NCBI RefSeq assembly: GCF_963506605.1
Contig: NC_083288.1
Span: forward strand, 46,500,001-46,564,000
Source: Zootoca vivipara
Lineage: Eukaryota
Reading direction: 5' to 3'
Length of the DNA stretch: 64,000 nt
Numbering within the stretch: position 1 is the first letter of the stretch; each line of letters begins with the position of its first letter. A program made the position numbers and the translations under genes. Positions 21,612 through 34,351 of this stretch are shown piece after piece. A model generated the notes under the pieces. That model did not search any database, was not told the DNA's origin, and worked only from the letters and a program-made list of their open reading frames with translations.

Positions 21612-24600
21612 TTACAGTCTTTTTGTGATATGTTCCCTACAGTTCAGCTCAGGCCTCAGAATAATGATGTAGCATTTGGGGGCAAAGATACAAACCAGTA
21701 GTCCAGCACTGGAGGCCAAAATGGAGAAGATCTCCACAGCCACCATATATTTCCCCTTGGTGCTCACATATGCTGGGACAAAGGACAACCAAACACTGCA
21801 AAACACCAGCATGCTGAAGGTGATGAACTTGGCTTCATTAAAAGTATCTGGCAACTTCCTGGCCAGGAACGCCACGGTGAAGCTGATGATGGCCAGGAGA
21901 CCTATGTAGCTCAGGACAAGATAAAACATGGTGACAGAGCCTTCACTGCATTCTGCTACAATTTCTCCACTGAGTGAATGCATGTCGAAATCTGGAAAAG
22001 GAGGAGAGGTCCCTAACCACACCATACAAATACTAGCTTCAATAAAGGAGGAGGAAAGGACAATGGAGTTGTTCAGTCTTTTCCCTACCCACTTTCTTAT
22101 GCTGGAACCTGGCCTGGTGGCCTGAAAAGCTAAAACCACAGTGATGGTTTTCGCCAACACACAAGACACAGCCACTGAGAAAATGATACCAAATGCAGAT
22201 TGACGGAGAGCGCAAGTCACCTTCCTTGGTTGTCCAAGAAATTGCAATGAACAGAGGAAACAGAGGAGGAGAGAAATGAGTAGAATAAATGTGAGGTCCC
22301 GGTTGTTTGCTTTGACAATGGGGGTATCTTTGTGTTTAACAAAGATTACTAGCACCAGTGCTGTGCTTATGGAAAAGATAACTGCAACCAAGACTAAGCC
22401 AATCCCTAAAGGTTCTTCATAAGACAGGAAAGTTATCATTTTGGCAATACACCCATCTCTGTCCTTGCTAGGGTATTGATCCTCTGGGCACTTGAAGCAG
22501 TCATTCATGTCTAGGTCAATATATGAAAGAGAGAAATAAAGAGAGCGGTGTCATATTTCAGTTAAGATAAGGGGGGGGCATTTGTTGATTAAAAAGTAAT
22601 TGGAAATAAATGGAAGGAAAAGCTTGAATTGAGTTACTATCAGTTACATAAATCTAGGTAAAAATGGTAAAGAACCCTGGAGGGCTAAGTCCAGTCAAAA
22701 GGCAACTATGGGGTTGCAGCACTAATCTCACTTTCAGGCCAAGGGAGCAGGCGTTTGTCCATAGACAACTTCCCAGATCATGTGGCCAGCATGACTAAAC
22801 CACTTCTGGCACTGTTACATAAAGCAGGTTCTCCCCCTAGAGGAGAACATGGGTTGCGGAAGGTTTAACAAGACATCCCAGGGTTGGAGAGGCGGGTCAG
22901 TTTGGATGGCTACATGTGTGATTGGTGGGTGTGCTGTTGCTGCAGAATTTTGCATGTAGCAAATGATTGACTGACAGCCTTAACCCCTATATATGCTTAG
23001 TGAGCAGCTCTCAGTTCCACTTTTGCTGCTCACAACAAATCTCCCGCCCGCCCTCCTCTAATTTTAGACGCTCTTGCATTGACCTTGCTTTGCCTCTCAT
23101 GAGGTCGCCTGTTTTGGATCAGGGGCTTGGTAGGAATTTTGCCACTTGGCTGATTGGCTGGTGCCAGGTGGTTTTTGCCTACTACGCTGCAATAAGTCAC
23201 AACTTGTAATGTGGGCGGTTAGGCATTGGTTCAAATTGGATGGTGGAGGGGTACGGATTTTGGTTGGGCCTGCCCCTCATGGTTGCTGCTGCCTTTAGGG
23301 GTATTCCTTTAAAGGAATCCTGGGGCTCTACATGTTTGTCCGTTTATCCCCGTTAGGGGCCAGGGTCAGGCATGAGCCTCGGGGAGCATCTGAGGGATGA
23401 GGTCAAGGGCGTGGGTCCCTGCCCCGATCTCTCCCATAGGGTGCTTACCTACTGGCTCCCCTACTAGGCTAGTGGGAGTCAGATCTGTCCCAGGCGGGGG
23501 ACAGATGGCAAGAACCAATGCCTAATCAACCACTCACGTTCAGTTGTATTTAAATAAAGTTGTGGCCAAATTAATGCCAAAAACCTTAAACTTAAAATAT
23601 TGTGTGAAGTGTGAGTTATTGGGGGGATGTCTTGGTACCCCGGCAGGCAAATGTAGTAGAGATCAGTGAGGCAGTGTAGGTGGGACACTATTGCTCTCCT
23701 AGCACACCAACACAACAGATCACTGTCTCTAACTGAGATGAGGAGGTGAGGGGCAAAACCTGATGAGTTTGGTCCAGTGTAGTGTCTCAGATTAGCTCCA
23801 TCTCACCAGCCACTACTGAATATATGCCTATGGAAAATAGGGTTGTGTGTCTGACCACTAGCGCCATTTCAGTTTAGTCCCACATGCTACTGAATATAGT
23901 ATTCAACAGCTCTCTAAAATGATTCTTAGCCTGAAAATGTCTCCCACCTTTGATATCACTTGCTGACTTGTAGATGAATGCATGGATAAACTCCATTAAA
24001 AAATTATTGTGTTTAAAGAGACCCCATTCCCTAGATTTTCCATCATAAAGATACATTTATGCTACAAGAGTTAATACTTCTTAACGGGTCTCCTGGTTTT
24101 GTTCTGCAATGGAGTATCCATTGCATTGTGTCACCTACCCTTTCGGTTGGAAATCTTGCCTTCTGGGCATGGAACACAGTCATAGCAGCAGAACTTCTCG
24201 CCTTCCTTCTTTTTCTTCTGATACCCAGCATTGCAGTACTCATTACACACGGAAATCGGACAAACCTTACCATAAACATGAAATTTTTAAAGGAAAAGTG
24301 AAATTTAATCTGTTGTTGGTGCTGTTCAACAGATGATCTACGAAGAAACAATTGCTCATATTGGTGTAACTGTACCAAGATTGAACTATAATCTGTTTTA
24401 GTATTTTAACTTTTGTATGTTTTAAAGTAGGGTTGTATTCCCCCCTGCCCTTGATTTTACTGTTTTGTCTTTTGTAAACCAGTTGGTTTTTTTTTATAAT
24501 CAAGAGGTGTATGACTTTTATGAAATATAATAAATAAATAAAAGTTTTAGAGAAATGGCATTATGCAGGACATGTTCAAACAGAATATTTTCTGATGATG

Positions 24601-27600
24601 GCAGAGATTCTTTTTAATGGAGGAAAATTGTGGGTACCAGAGCAGGGGAAGGGAGCCTTGCTGAATCAATCTAAAGGCCCATATAGTCCAGTTTCCTGTT
24701 CTCATGGTAGCCAACCAGATTCCTATGAGAAGCTTGCAAACTCCCAAACAGTGATCATCAAAAAGTGCCATACAGTCCTACTACTGATCAAAGTTGATTT
24801 TGCTATCCTGGTAAGAATCTGCCTTTTTGCACAGAAAACTTTAAATTGTTTTCACCTGTTATGAGGAATATATAAACCTAACACTTGAACATTACATATG
24901 TGATTTACGTGTGATACTGATTTCATTACAGTAGACCAAGTAAGAGGAACCAGTAGCCTTCCAGATGTTGTTGAATTACAGCTTTAATCAGCCATAGTCT
25001 ACATCTCTGTCAGGGAAGATGGGAGTTGAAGGACAGCAACTACTAGAGAACCAAAGATTCCCCCATCTCTGCAACAGACTGACTCTGACAGAATGCAGCA
25101 AATTACATTTCCAGTCCCAGATCACCCATTCAGAAAAGGTAGCAGCACCAACAAATATTATAGAATTCAGACCTGATTGAAACTTTCATGCCACACAATT
25201 ATATCTGCATTGAGAGCAATTTCTTTTCCTTCAGGAGCCTTGGGATAAACCATTCCAATTTTCACCCTAAGGAAGGAGATGTTCGGAAACGTGATCATGT
25301 TCACAATGTCAAATCCACCTCCCATCTCCCTATGATTAGTCAAGGACACCGTTTCTCCAGCTGAGTTGTTAAATGAAATGCCTTGGAGAAATGAGTGGAT
25401 CTAATGGAAAAGGGAAAAAGACACACGGGGAACTCAACTGTTTCCATGCCAAGATTTACAAACCATTCTCAAAAACAAACAAACAAACAAAACAATCTTA
25501 GGGAAATTCTCATATCTAGTAGTGGTAGAAGACTAGAAAAATACAACTTACCTGTAGGGATCATGTAAGTGACTGCATCTCAGGGATTATATTGGGAATC
25601 ATGCATTCATAACTTTATGTGCGGTTTGAGGGGAATGTTCTTGAGCTGGTGGCTCCACCTGAACAGACTACTCCTGCCTGGGTTATGGAATGTGTGGCTT
25701 CTTGGTGTATATCCTGTGGAATGTATGCACACTCCATGATCCTCTACCTGGCAAGCACGTTTCAGTCTGGGTTTCAAGAAACAGGCATCTGTTGCCATTT
25801 GTTTCCTGCCTGGTTGTAAAACATTTGGTGTCTTTGACCAAAAGGGCATTCTGCATTCCTCTCTGGCAAACATCCTCCCAAAGTGCCTTTGATGTAGATC
25901 TACTATCTTTCACAGGTTTCTGTGTGTGTTTACTGCTTTTACAATTTCCTGCTTCTGCTCCTATTCACATGCTTTGTAGTGTTAATCAGGGGAATGTGAG
26001 AAGGGGGTAGGATTTCAGGATAGTCGCTGTTAATTATTCACTGTACTAGAATTTTATTGGAGCATTTGAATCTTGGTGTCACCTTAATTATAATAAAAAT
26101 GGCCTGGAGAGGAAGGGGGGAGATTCATTCTTTTCCTTCTCTCTCTCAGGCTACTTGCTGGTCAAGAGCTCTGTTCCTTTGTCTTATTTCCAATGTGGTT
26201 TTGCCACACTTACCTTTTTCAGGCTTCACATATATGGGGAAATAAGGTTCCCCCAAAACACACACCATCACTCCAACTTCTTTGTAGTTGAGAAGTTGTA
26301 TCCAGTGTTAGTCATATTCAGAGACAACTCATTGAGATTATGTGACATGAGAAACTTACATTCATTAATTTTAAGGAGTCAGCTCTGTGTAGAGCTTAGT
26401 TTGACTTGAATACAACCAAGTGTACCAAATCTACCAGTGGATGATACAGTTGTTTCAATTTGCATTAATATATTCACAACAATAGCCATTTTGTAGTTAA
26501 GACTACCTGCCAAGTCTGAATATCTTGAAGCCTTTCCCCCTGTGCCATCGCTCTGAGATTGGACCTGGATGAGCCCATGCTGTGCAAAGCATGCGCCACT
26601 GCATAGACTGCATTATAAACGCTGTAGCTGTGGCCAGTCATCTGCATTTCAAAGATAGACTCAGGGAGATTCTCCACCTTTTCCTCTCCAGTACATATGC
26701 CATCCACATCCATTGGCACACTGGGGTTTGGCAATGAACAGTCAAAGGCTTGCTGCCAGAAGGCTCGGGAAAAACCATTATCTTGTGTCTTGCAAGGCTG
26801 TATATTTCGAATATATCCCCGGAACCCCAGACATTGATTTGAGTGAATTGTGAAGGAAATACTGCCCTGGAATATTTGAAAATTACTACGTGTTATTTGG
26901 CCTGTTACTGCAAAATCAATCTGGGTTGTCATAATCCACACCTTTCCAATGTATGTGTTTTCCCTATATCCAGGATCTTCCAGGGCCACTAAGGCACTTA
27001 ACCACAGGATGATCATACTTTCTCCATAGACAACAAATGTTCTGACCTTGCTATCCAAAAAAGGCAAATAAATTTCGGAGGTCATATCAATCAGTTCATC
27101 AAGGGAAAGGAAGCGACCTTGGTTGGGGATTCTTTGGGTGAAGGCTGAACAGATGCCATTCTGAGAAAGCAGTGGCTCCATCGTCTGCAAGAAATGGTCT
27201 CCGCTGTCATCACCCACAGCAAGCAGGCCAACCCATGTCCATCTAAAACTCTGTAGCACACGGATAATCCCCATATACTGACCGGCTTCATTGGGGGCCA
27301 TGCGGTAAAATGAAGCAACCTGCCTTGTTCCGGTACTTTCTGGGGCAAAGGACCCATAGGTAAGCTGAAAAAGAAATGCACAAATATTTTAGGGATGGGT
27401 TAGTAGGAATTCTTTAGTACAGTGGTCCCTCGGTATACAAACACAATTGGTTCCGGAAGTCTGTACTTAACCTGAAACGTATTTAACCTGAAGCAAACTT
27501 TCCCATTGAAAGTAATGGAAAGTGGATTAATCTGTTCCAGACGGTCCGTGGAGTACTTAAACTGAAGCGTACTTAACCTGAAGTGAACTTTCCCATTGAA

Positions 27601-30600
27601 AGTAATAGAAAGTGGATTAATCTGTTCCAGATGGGTCCATGGAGTACTCAACCTGAAGCGTACTTAACCCGAGGTATGAGTGTAATTGGTTCCGGAAGTC
27701 CGTACTTAACCTGAAGAGTACTTAACCTGAAGTGAACTTTCCTATTGAAAGTAATGGAAAGTGGATTAATCCATTCCAGACAGGTCCACAGAGTATTTAA
27801 ACTGAAAATACTCAAACCGAGGCGTACTTAAACCGATGTATGACTGTATATGTGAATGTATTTTCAAGCAATGAGTATTGGGCGAGGTTGACAAAAGCAT
27901 GATTTAAATATGCAGGTTAATATTAGAAGCCAAGACAAGAACTCTCCAGGAGGACATAATACAATTTACCCTAGTCTATACCTCATGATCCCTTTCCCTA
28001 CCACCTGTCTTGGATAAATTTGGATTTTGTTTTTTAAAACATCCCAAAATATTTTCTTAATAAATCAATCATAACTACCTGTCTTTCTGAACTGCAACAC
28101 TACTGTCTTAATGCAAATCCACCTAGTTCACACTTAGTAATGGTTTGTGAACATCCCCATTTATCTACACACAATTCTTACCTGTGGAATCTTGTAGAGG
28201 TTTAAGATGTTTGCCATATGGAAAGAGATATCAGAGCTCAGGCCCCCTATGACAGCTATAAGATTTTTTGGGGATTGGCATTCATAGTTTGGGATAAATT
28301 TATGAACTTTGAAGAGCAGGTCCAGAGTGGTTCGATAGGTCATCCTTGCATCGTAGTAGCTGTCACAGATGTGGAAACCCAGTGTGATGTTTGGCAAGAT
28401 TTCCATGTTTCTGTTGATCTCATTTACAGCAAATGCCAAGGCCAGGACATGCTGGTAGAACTTTGATACTACACTGCAAAGAGAGTCACATGATATTTCC
28501 ATGGAGATTACAATGCTGGTCCATTAAAATTAATGCAAACTATTTTTTTAATCAACTCATTAGATTATATCATTGTTATAATGTTAGAGAGCAAATCACC
28601 ACAGATAGGAACTGCCAAGAAGCAGAAAGTGTGATCAGTGAGTAAGTGAAGAGAATAAACCACAGAATTGTATCAGTGGAGAGAGCGAAGCAGAAAAGAA
28701 CATCCATTTGTACCCATTTTCATTAATGGGCAATGGGGGGGGGGAGATTAATTAAAGTGTCATATATAGGACCCAATAAGTAATGAAATCTAGATCCATG
28801 CCTTTATTTGACTTGTTAATTTGCCCAGTTTTGACTGCTTGTATGTTTATTACTTATTCGGGTCTTTTATTAAATATTCATTTATTTATTTATAAAATAT
28901 ATGCAATCGCTAACATTTCTGGCAAAACAATCACAAAGCAGTTTATAGAAATGACAATATAAAATGCAGTAAATAAAATGTAATACGAAATGCTGCAAAT
29001 AAAGATAAAAATGCAATAAATGTAGTTAGTGATTGAACAGGATAAAGCTCTAATGCAAAGGGGCCTGGGTAAATAATCGTTGTTGTTGTTTTTAAAAAGT
29101 TTATTGTAGCCTTATTTTTATTCCTATTAATCTATCAAGTCATTTGTTCATGTCATTTTAGGTATTTGATTTTGGAGATATCTTCCTTTTTCATAATGAT
29201 AAAAAGAACTATGGCCAGTCATAGTATTTGTCCTAATATTAGCTAGTGTCTTTCACTAAGTTTCACTGACTAGCCCAGGGGTCAGCAAACTTTTTCAGCA
29301 GGGGGCCGGTCCACTGTCCCTCAGACCTTGAGGGGGGCTGGACTATATTTTGAAAAAAAATATGAACAAATTCCTATGCCCCACAAATAACCCAGAGATG
29401 CATTTTAAATAAAAGGACACATTCTACTCATGTAAAAACACCAGGCAGGCCCCACAAATAACCCAGAGATGCATTTTAAATAAAAAGGACTCATTCTACT
29501 CATGTAAAAACATGCTGATTCCTGGACCGTCCGCAGGCCGGATTTAGAAGGCGATTGGGCCGCACCCGGCCCCCGGGCCTTAGTTTGGGGTCCCCTAGAC
29601 TAGTCTATTTTGTTGAAAAACTTGGACTCCATTAATATTGCCTTTTTCATTGGCAAGAATAATTTCCACCAACTTTTCTCTACGCCTTCCACATTGGCCA
29701 ATGTCCTGCCACCTCCTCTTGGCGCCTACCCTTCACAGCCCTTTAAGACTTCATATGGATTTGCTTCCTTGTGAATTCTAATCATGCCTGCATGTCTGCC
29801 CATCGTTTATAATAAGGATCTCTTTTACACATTTGGTATCTCACTCATATGTCTTCCCCATATTAACATGTAATGCAAACTCCTCTAGAAATGAGCTTTC
29901 AAGTTCTTCTCATTGCCTTTAATTTCTCAAACAAACTAAAATGTTATTGGGCCGCTTTAAAGTCTTATCTGGCTGCAGGCAGATTCAGTACAATTTATGA
30001 AAACACTCAACAGTGCAGTTCTGTAGAAGTAAAGCTCGCTGAGTCCAGTGGTATTTATCTCAGATAAGTGAGTGAAGAACTGCATCCTGAATCCCACCTT
30101 CCCTCAAAAATAATACCTATTTGATTATGAGGAGGAAGTCTAGGCATGTTTTAAATGAGCTAAAGAGTGTAAGACTCACAAAATCACTAGTAGCTGAGAA
30201 AAGTGCACTAGGGTGATGACTTTTTCATTTCCCCCCCTCAAAAATTATTTCCTGTAGCTTAAATGGATGAACTTTGGCCTATTAATGACTAAAATGATGT
30301 ATATTCCATTGAAATACTTAAAAAGGTTACGCACAAACCGTTTTTAATTTTTTTGTATGCCGTTTTACCATTTCATAAAATTTTATTAACAATTCTATAT
30401 ATATTTCGTATCAAATTTGGACACAACACCACATTCCACAATGGGGAGTGTTCTTAGCAACATAGGGTATACAAATGTCACACCTGCACAAGGTAAAATC
30501 CCCTTTTTGGGACCTCAAAACTCAGCCAGCAGACCCTGCTGGCCATGCTGGGAAGAGAACCTACAGGAGAGGTAGCAAAACATCGTCCTCTAGCGGCGTC

Positions 30601-31209
30601 TATACTGTTACCGCAGCTAAAAAAAGCTTCCTTGTGTGTTTGATGACCCTATATAATGTTGTATATATGTGACTTTAAAGCTTGGGTTCAATTTTATATC
30701 TGCTTACAGTGACTTCAAAAAATGGTCAAAAAACTGATAAATAAAATTTTTAAAATCATTTTGTGCATGAGGTTTTTTTTTACCAAATCCCTTTGAAAGT
30801 AAGATTTTATCTAATCTTTAATGAAAGCTCATCAAATTATGATACAGAGAAATGAGGTTGTAAAAAAGTCATCACCCTAAGGTGCACAGACCTCAGTTTG
30901 CATACAATCTCTGAAAATTCTCGTATTAAAAATGCCCCCCCCCCCAGCTCACATGGCATAGGAAGAAAAGAGAAGAAGAAGTATTCCTTACATTGGAGTA
31001 TCCAAGCCCAGCTCCTGAGATGGGTGATTGTCGAAGGAAAGTTGGGGGAAAAGGTACATGATCTGAGAAGCAACTCCACCAATGAGGAGGTTCCCAGGCT
31101 GATACCACTCGTGAGGAAGAGATACGGGATCATTTACAGGGCACCTGGTAGCTTCTGCTTTGCACGCCATGTGCGGCAACTGAAGCAGCAACAGCACCAC
31201 AAACAACAT
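21612..31209 (-). CDS. Vmn2r: V2R vomeronasal receptor gene B, intact, ~873 aa
   Basis: e1 31209-30992, e2 28473-28182, e3 27364-26507, e4 25400-25173, e5 24265-24139, e6 22510-21612 (7TM: [26 protein letters not shown]). Phases consistent, 2622 bp. Confidence 0.92.
22822..23647 (+). mobile_element. ~0.8-kb unclassified repeat (copy 3, full length), next to a Sauria SINE fragment (22655-22812)
   Basis: Homology to the other three copies; 5' hairpin gttctcc/ggagaac; aaataaagttgtggcc near the 3' end. Confidence 0.7.
27419..27848. mobile_element. Tc1/mariner-type MITE with internal tandem repeats
   Basis: ta-cagtgg...actg-ta termini; three copies of ttcccattgaaagtaatggaaagtggattaat. Confidence 0.75.
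29276..29597. mobile_element. hAT (Charlie-like) MITE
   Basis: caggggtcagcaaact...agtttggggtccccta termini; 8-bp TSD gactagcc/gactagtc. Confidence 0.8.
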
Positions 31210-31359
31210 CTGGTGGCAGAGCTTCTCAGTAGATGCAGAGGTTGCTGTGCTTAGCAGGTGGTCATTCATTGCCACCAACCTAAATGAAACAAGCTAAACT
31301 GGAAAACAGCCAACTCTGCTGATAGGCATGCTAAAGAGAAAGTGTATTAGCCTAAACTC

Positions 31360-31482
31360 TTTGGAGGTCTTTAAGCATAGGCTTGACAGGCATATGTCAG
31401 GAATGCTTTGATGGCGTTTCCTGCTTGGCAGGGGGTTGGACTGGATGGCCCTTGTGGTCTCTTCCAACTCTATGATTCTATG
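31360..31482 (+). mobile_element. CR1 3' end
   Basis: Matches 14247-14370, with the tctatgattctatg tail. Confidence 0.85.
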
Positions 31483-32589
31483 AACTCAAACAGTATTATA
31501 GAACATGTATTGTATGACAACTAAGGTACACTTTTTGAAGACTCTCCAATGAAATGAACAGAGCCCCACCTGTCTGATTATTGTCCCTGATCCCAGCTCT
31601 GAATGGCAGAAGTCAATGGATTTTAACCAGTTTCTCTTTTGCTTGTGGTGTGTCATTATTCTGCAAAGCTGTTGGAGCTTTGATGAGGAGAAGCAATAAC
31701 AATGATTCAGATAATTGCAGAGGAGATAATTATTCCTGATGTGGGGTTAAGCAAGTTACATTTCCCCTATTTTTCTGCTTAGTAGGACATAAAGTGGCAT
31801 TTTGGTTCTGATGGCAACAATGAGCAAATAACATTAAGAGCCCCTGCACCCAGGAGATTTTGAATTTCAGTATCCACCAGCCCCTAGTCAACATGGTCAA
31901 TGATGAGGGGATATGGGAGTTGTAGAAAAGTGTCTCATTCCTTCTTTATTCTGATGCTAGGAAAGGAGATGAACTCTATGACTTACAATGTAATTCTACA
32001 ATTGTCCTCTCACTATCATTGATAAGATGATAAGATAGCAAGTGCCTAAGGGGAGCTCGTTGTTGGGATCCCCACCAACATGGCTGAGGAAGTCAATTAT
32101 GAATTTACACATGGCTCATTTGTGTTGATGTTATATATGGATATTAGGTATCTTGCTTGAGTATGCATGGAATCTGATCTCTCCCACTGAGTAGTTCCTG
32201 TCTAGAATACTAATGTGAATTTTCCATTTTGGGAGAACACTTTTCACTTATGTTCCTCAGTGACAGTTCTTTTAAGAGCAGAAGGATTGTAATGTATGAA
32301 TTCTCCACCCTCTACCATGTTCAAACATTTTTACACATGAGAGTAGTGAGTGTCACTAAGGCTCATGTTGCGAAAATATCATGCTGTCTGTCAGTCAGGG
32401 CCAGGGTGGTATGGTCAGCACCAGCCCTACCATTGGGAAGAGTTAGGCCACCTCAGGAAACAGATACTACAAGTATTTAGGCGTCTGGTGGACAGACGTG
32501 TGCCATGGAATACACTGTCTTATAACAGGCATTGAAGTGGAGAATAGGACTAGCAAAGACTATTAGCTACAATATGTTCTCCCTCCAAT

Positions 32590-33002
32590 CAGTAACATCT
32601 TAAGGGTATCCAGCGCCGTGATTCAAGAATCCTCCGGTGCCCCCCCCATGGTGGCAGTAGCGCGCGGCTGAAGGGTGGAGACGGAGGATGGCGGAGCCTG
32701 GATGGCGCACACCACCTTGCTGGCCTGGGCGCAGAGGGGGCTGCTCGGCCTCCTGCCCTGGACCGGCCCCTCCTTGGCGCCTCCCTCCAGCGGCCGCTCC
32801 GGGACGTGGCGGTGGCGCACGGCCATTGAGTTTCCTCCATGAAGCAGAATCAGCAAGTCTCCTGCCTAGAGTGGCAGCAGGGGGGGGGGCTGCCAGCAGC
32901 AGCTGCTCCCAGACACCAGCCGTTCGACGCCCCTTCCACGCCACTGGTGGCCAGGCGCCCTGGCGCCTTGCGCCACCCAGCCCGGGCCTAGAGACGGCCC
33001 TG
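32590..33002. mobile_element. GC-rich hAT-type MITE
   Basis: 3' TIR gagacggccctg, 8-bp TSD cctccaat on both sides. Confidence 0.7.
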
Positions 33003-34351
33003 CCTCCAATGTCAGAGCACTATACCTCTGATTACCACTTGATAAGAAACACAAGTAGAGAGAGAGCTGTATTATTATTTTCATTTGTAAAGGCTTCCCA
33101 TACGATGGGCATAGGGGGTTCTCTCTCTCTTTTTAGGGAGTATCTTTTTTGGAGCATTTTATTTGTTTATTTGTTTCAACCAAGGGCTTTCAGATCTATG
33201 AGTGATTTCAGAGTAGCTAGGGCAACCCAGTCAGATGGGCGGGGTACTTTTATTTTATTTTATATTATTTTATTCTATTTATTATAATAATTATAATTAT
33301 ACCCCACCCATCTGGTTGGGTTTCCACAGCCACTCTTATTATACAGATATTATATCATCATCATTTTATCATCATCAAAAGATTTGCAAAACTACACACT
33401 ACAAGCATATTCTTGCTTTATTTTATTTGTGGCTGTTGCTGCCACTTCCTATGGTATCAAAACAATGAAAAGGTAAACCACAGTGAAGTGCAAATATATA
33501 AATGTATATGCACCAACAACCTTCACATATACAGGGAGTTTCAAAAATGTGTACAAAATCTCATGCTGATATGACTCTAGAACTGCCATATATTTCTGTC
33601 TCAGGAGGATTTTAAAAGTATGGGATACTTTAAAAGTATGGGATACTTTTCCGCATACTTTCCTGCCATGATTTAAGTAAGCTGAATCCAACTTGAATTA
33701 GATTTGGGGATATAAATGATTTACAGAAAGGTTGAGAAGTTGTTGTTGTTGTTGTTGTTGTTGTTGGGAATGGCTCCCTTTTTAGAAACCTCACTTTTAA
33801 AAAAACCTCCAAGAATGAGGTGTTTCTTGAGCTAAACTCTGTGGCAGCAGCTGACACAGCTGTATATTATTGTAGCCAAGAAATGGAAGATGAGTAGCAC
33901 AGTGACTAAGGCTCTTACAAAATCTTCTGTGTTCAGAAAGAAGGGGATACCAGGGGACTAGGAGATGATTACATGCATCTTTGTCTGGCATTTAAAAAGG
34001 TATTTATTTCCTTCTTTTATGAGGTAAATAAACCCAAATGTCTATTCATAAGTTCATATTTTATCTGCTAGAAGGTTGGCCTAGAAGTTGCAACTAATGC
34101 ATTATGTACAGTAGTTTGACTGCTCATGGGTGCAGAATCTGAAAGAATTGCTCTTGTGGAGAAACTTGTGGAGAAAATGGAATGCCTTATCAGTTCCTGG
34201 GCTGATCTTCCGAACCTCTTGTGAATTTTTAAAGCTCCTGATCACAACAGCCTCCAAATCTAAAAAAAAAAAAAAAAAAACAACCCATTTTTCATCTATG
34301 AAGAATGGATGAAGCAATTTTGCTTTGCCAGACTAAAGAAAAGTAGATAAA

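Noticed and set aside
21676-22125. Recurrent plus-strand ORFs antisense to V2R exons 2 and 6 in several paralogues
   Set aside because: Shadow frames of conserved V2R coding sequence; no independent start or splice evidence.
32589-33287. GC-rich multi-frame ORFs resembling a CpG-island gene
   Set aside because: They fall in a hAT-type MITE bounded by an 8-bp TSD.
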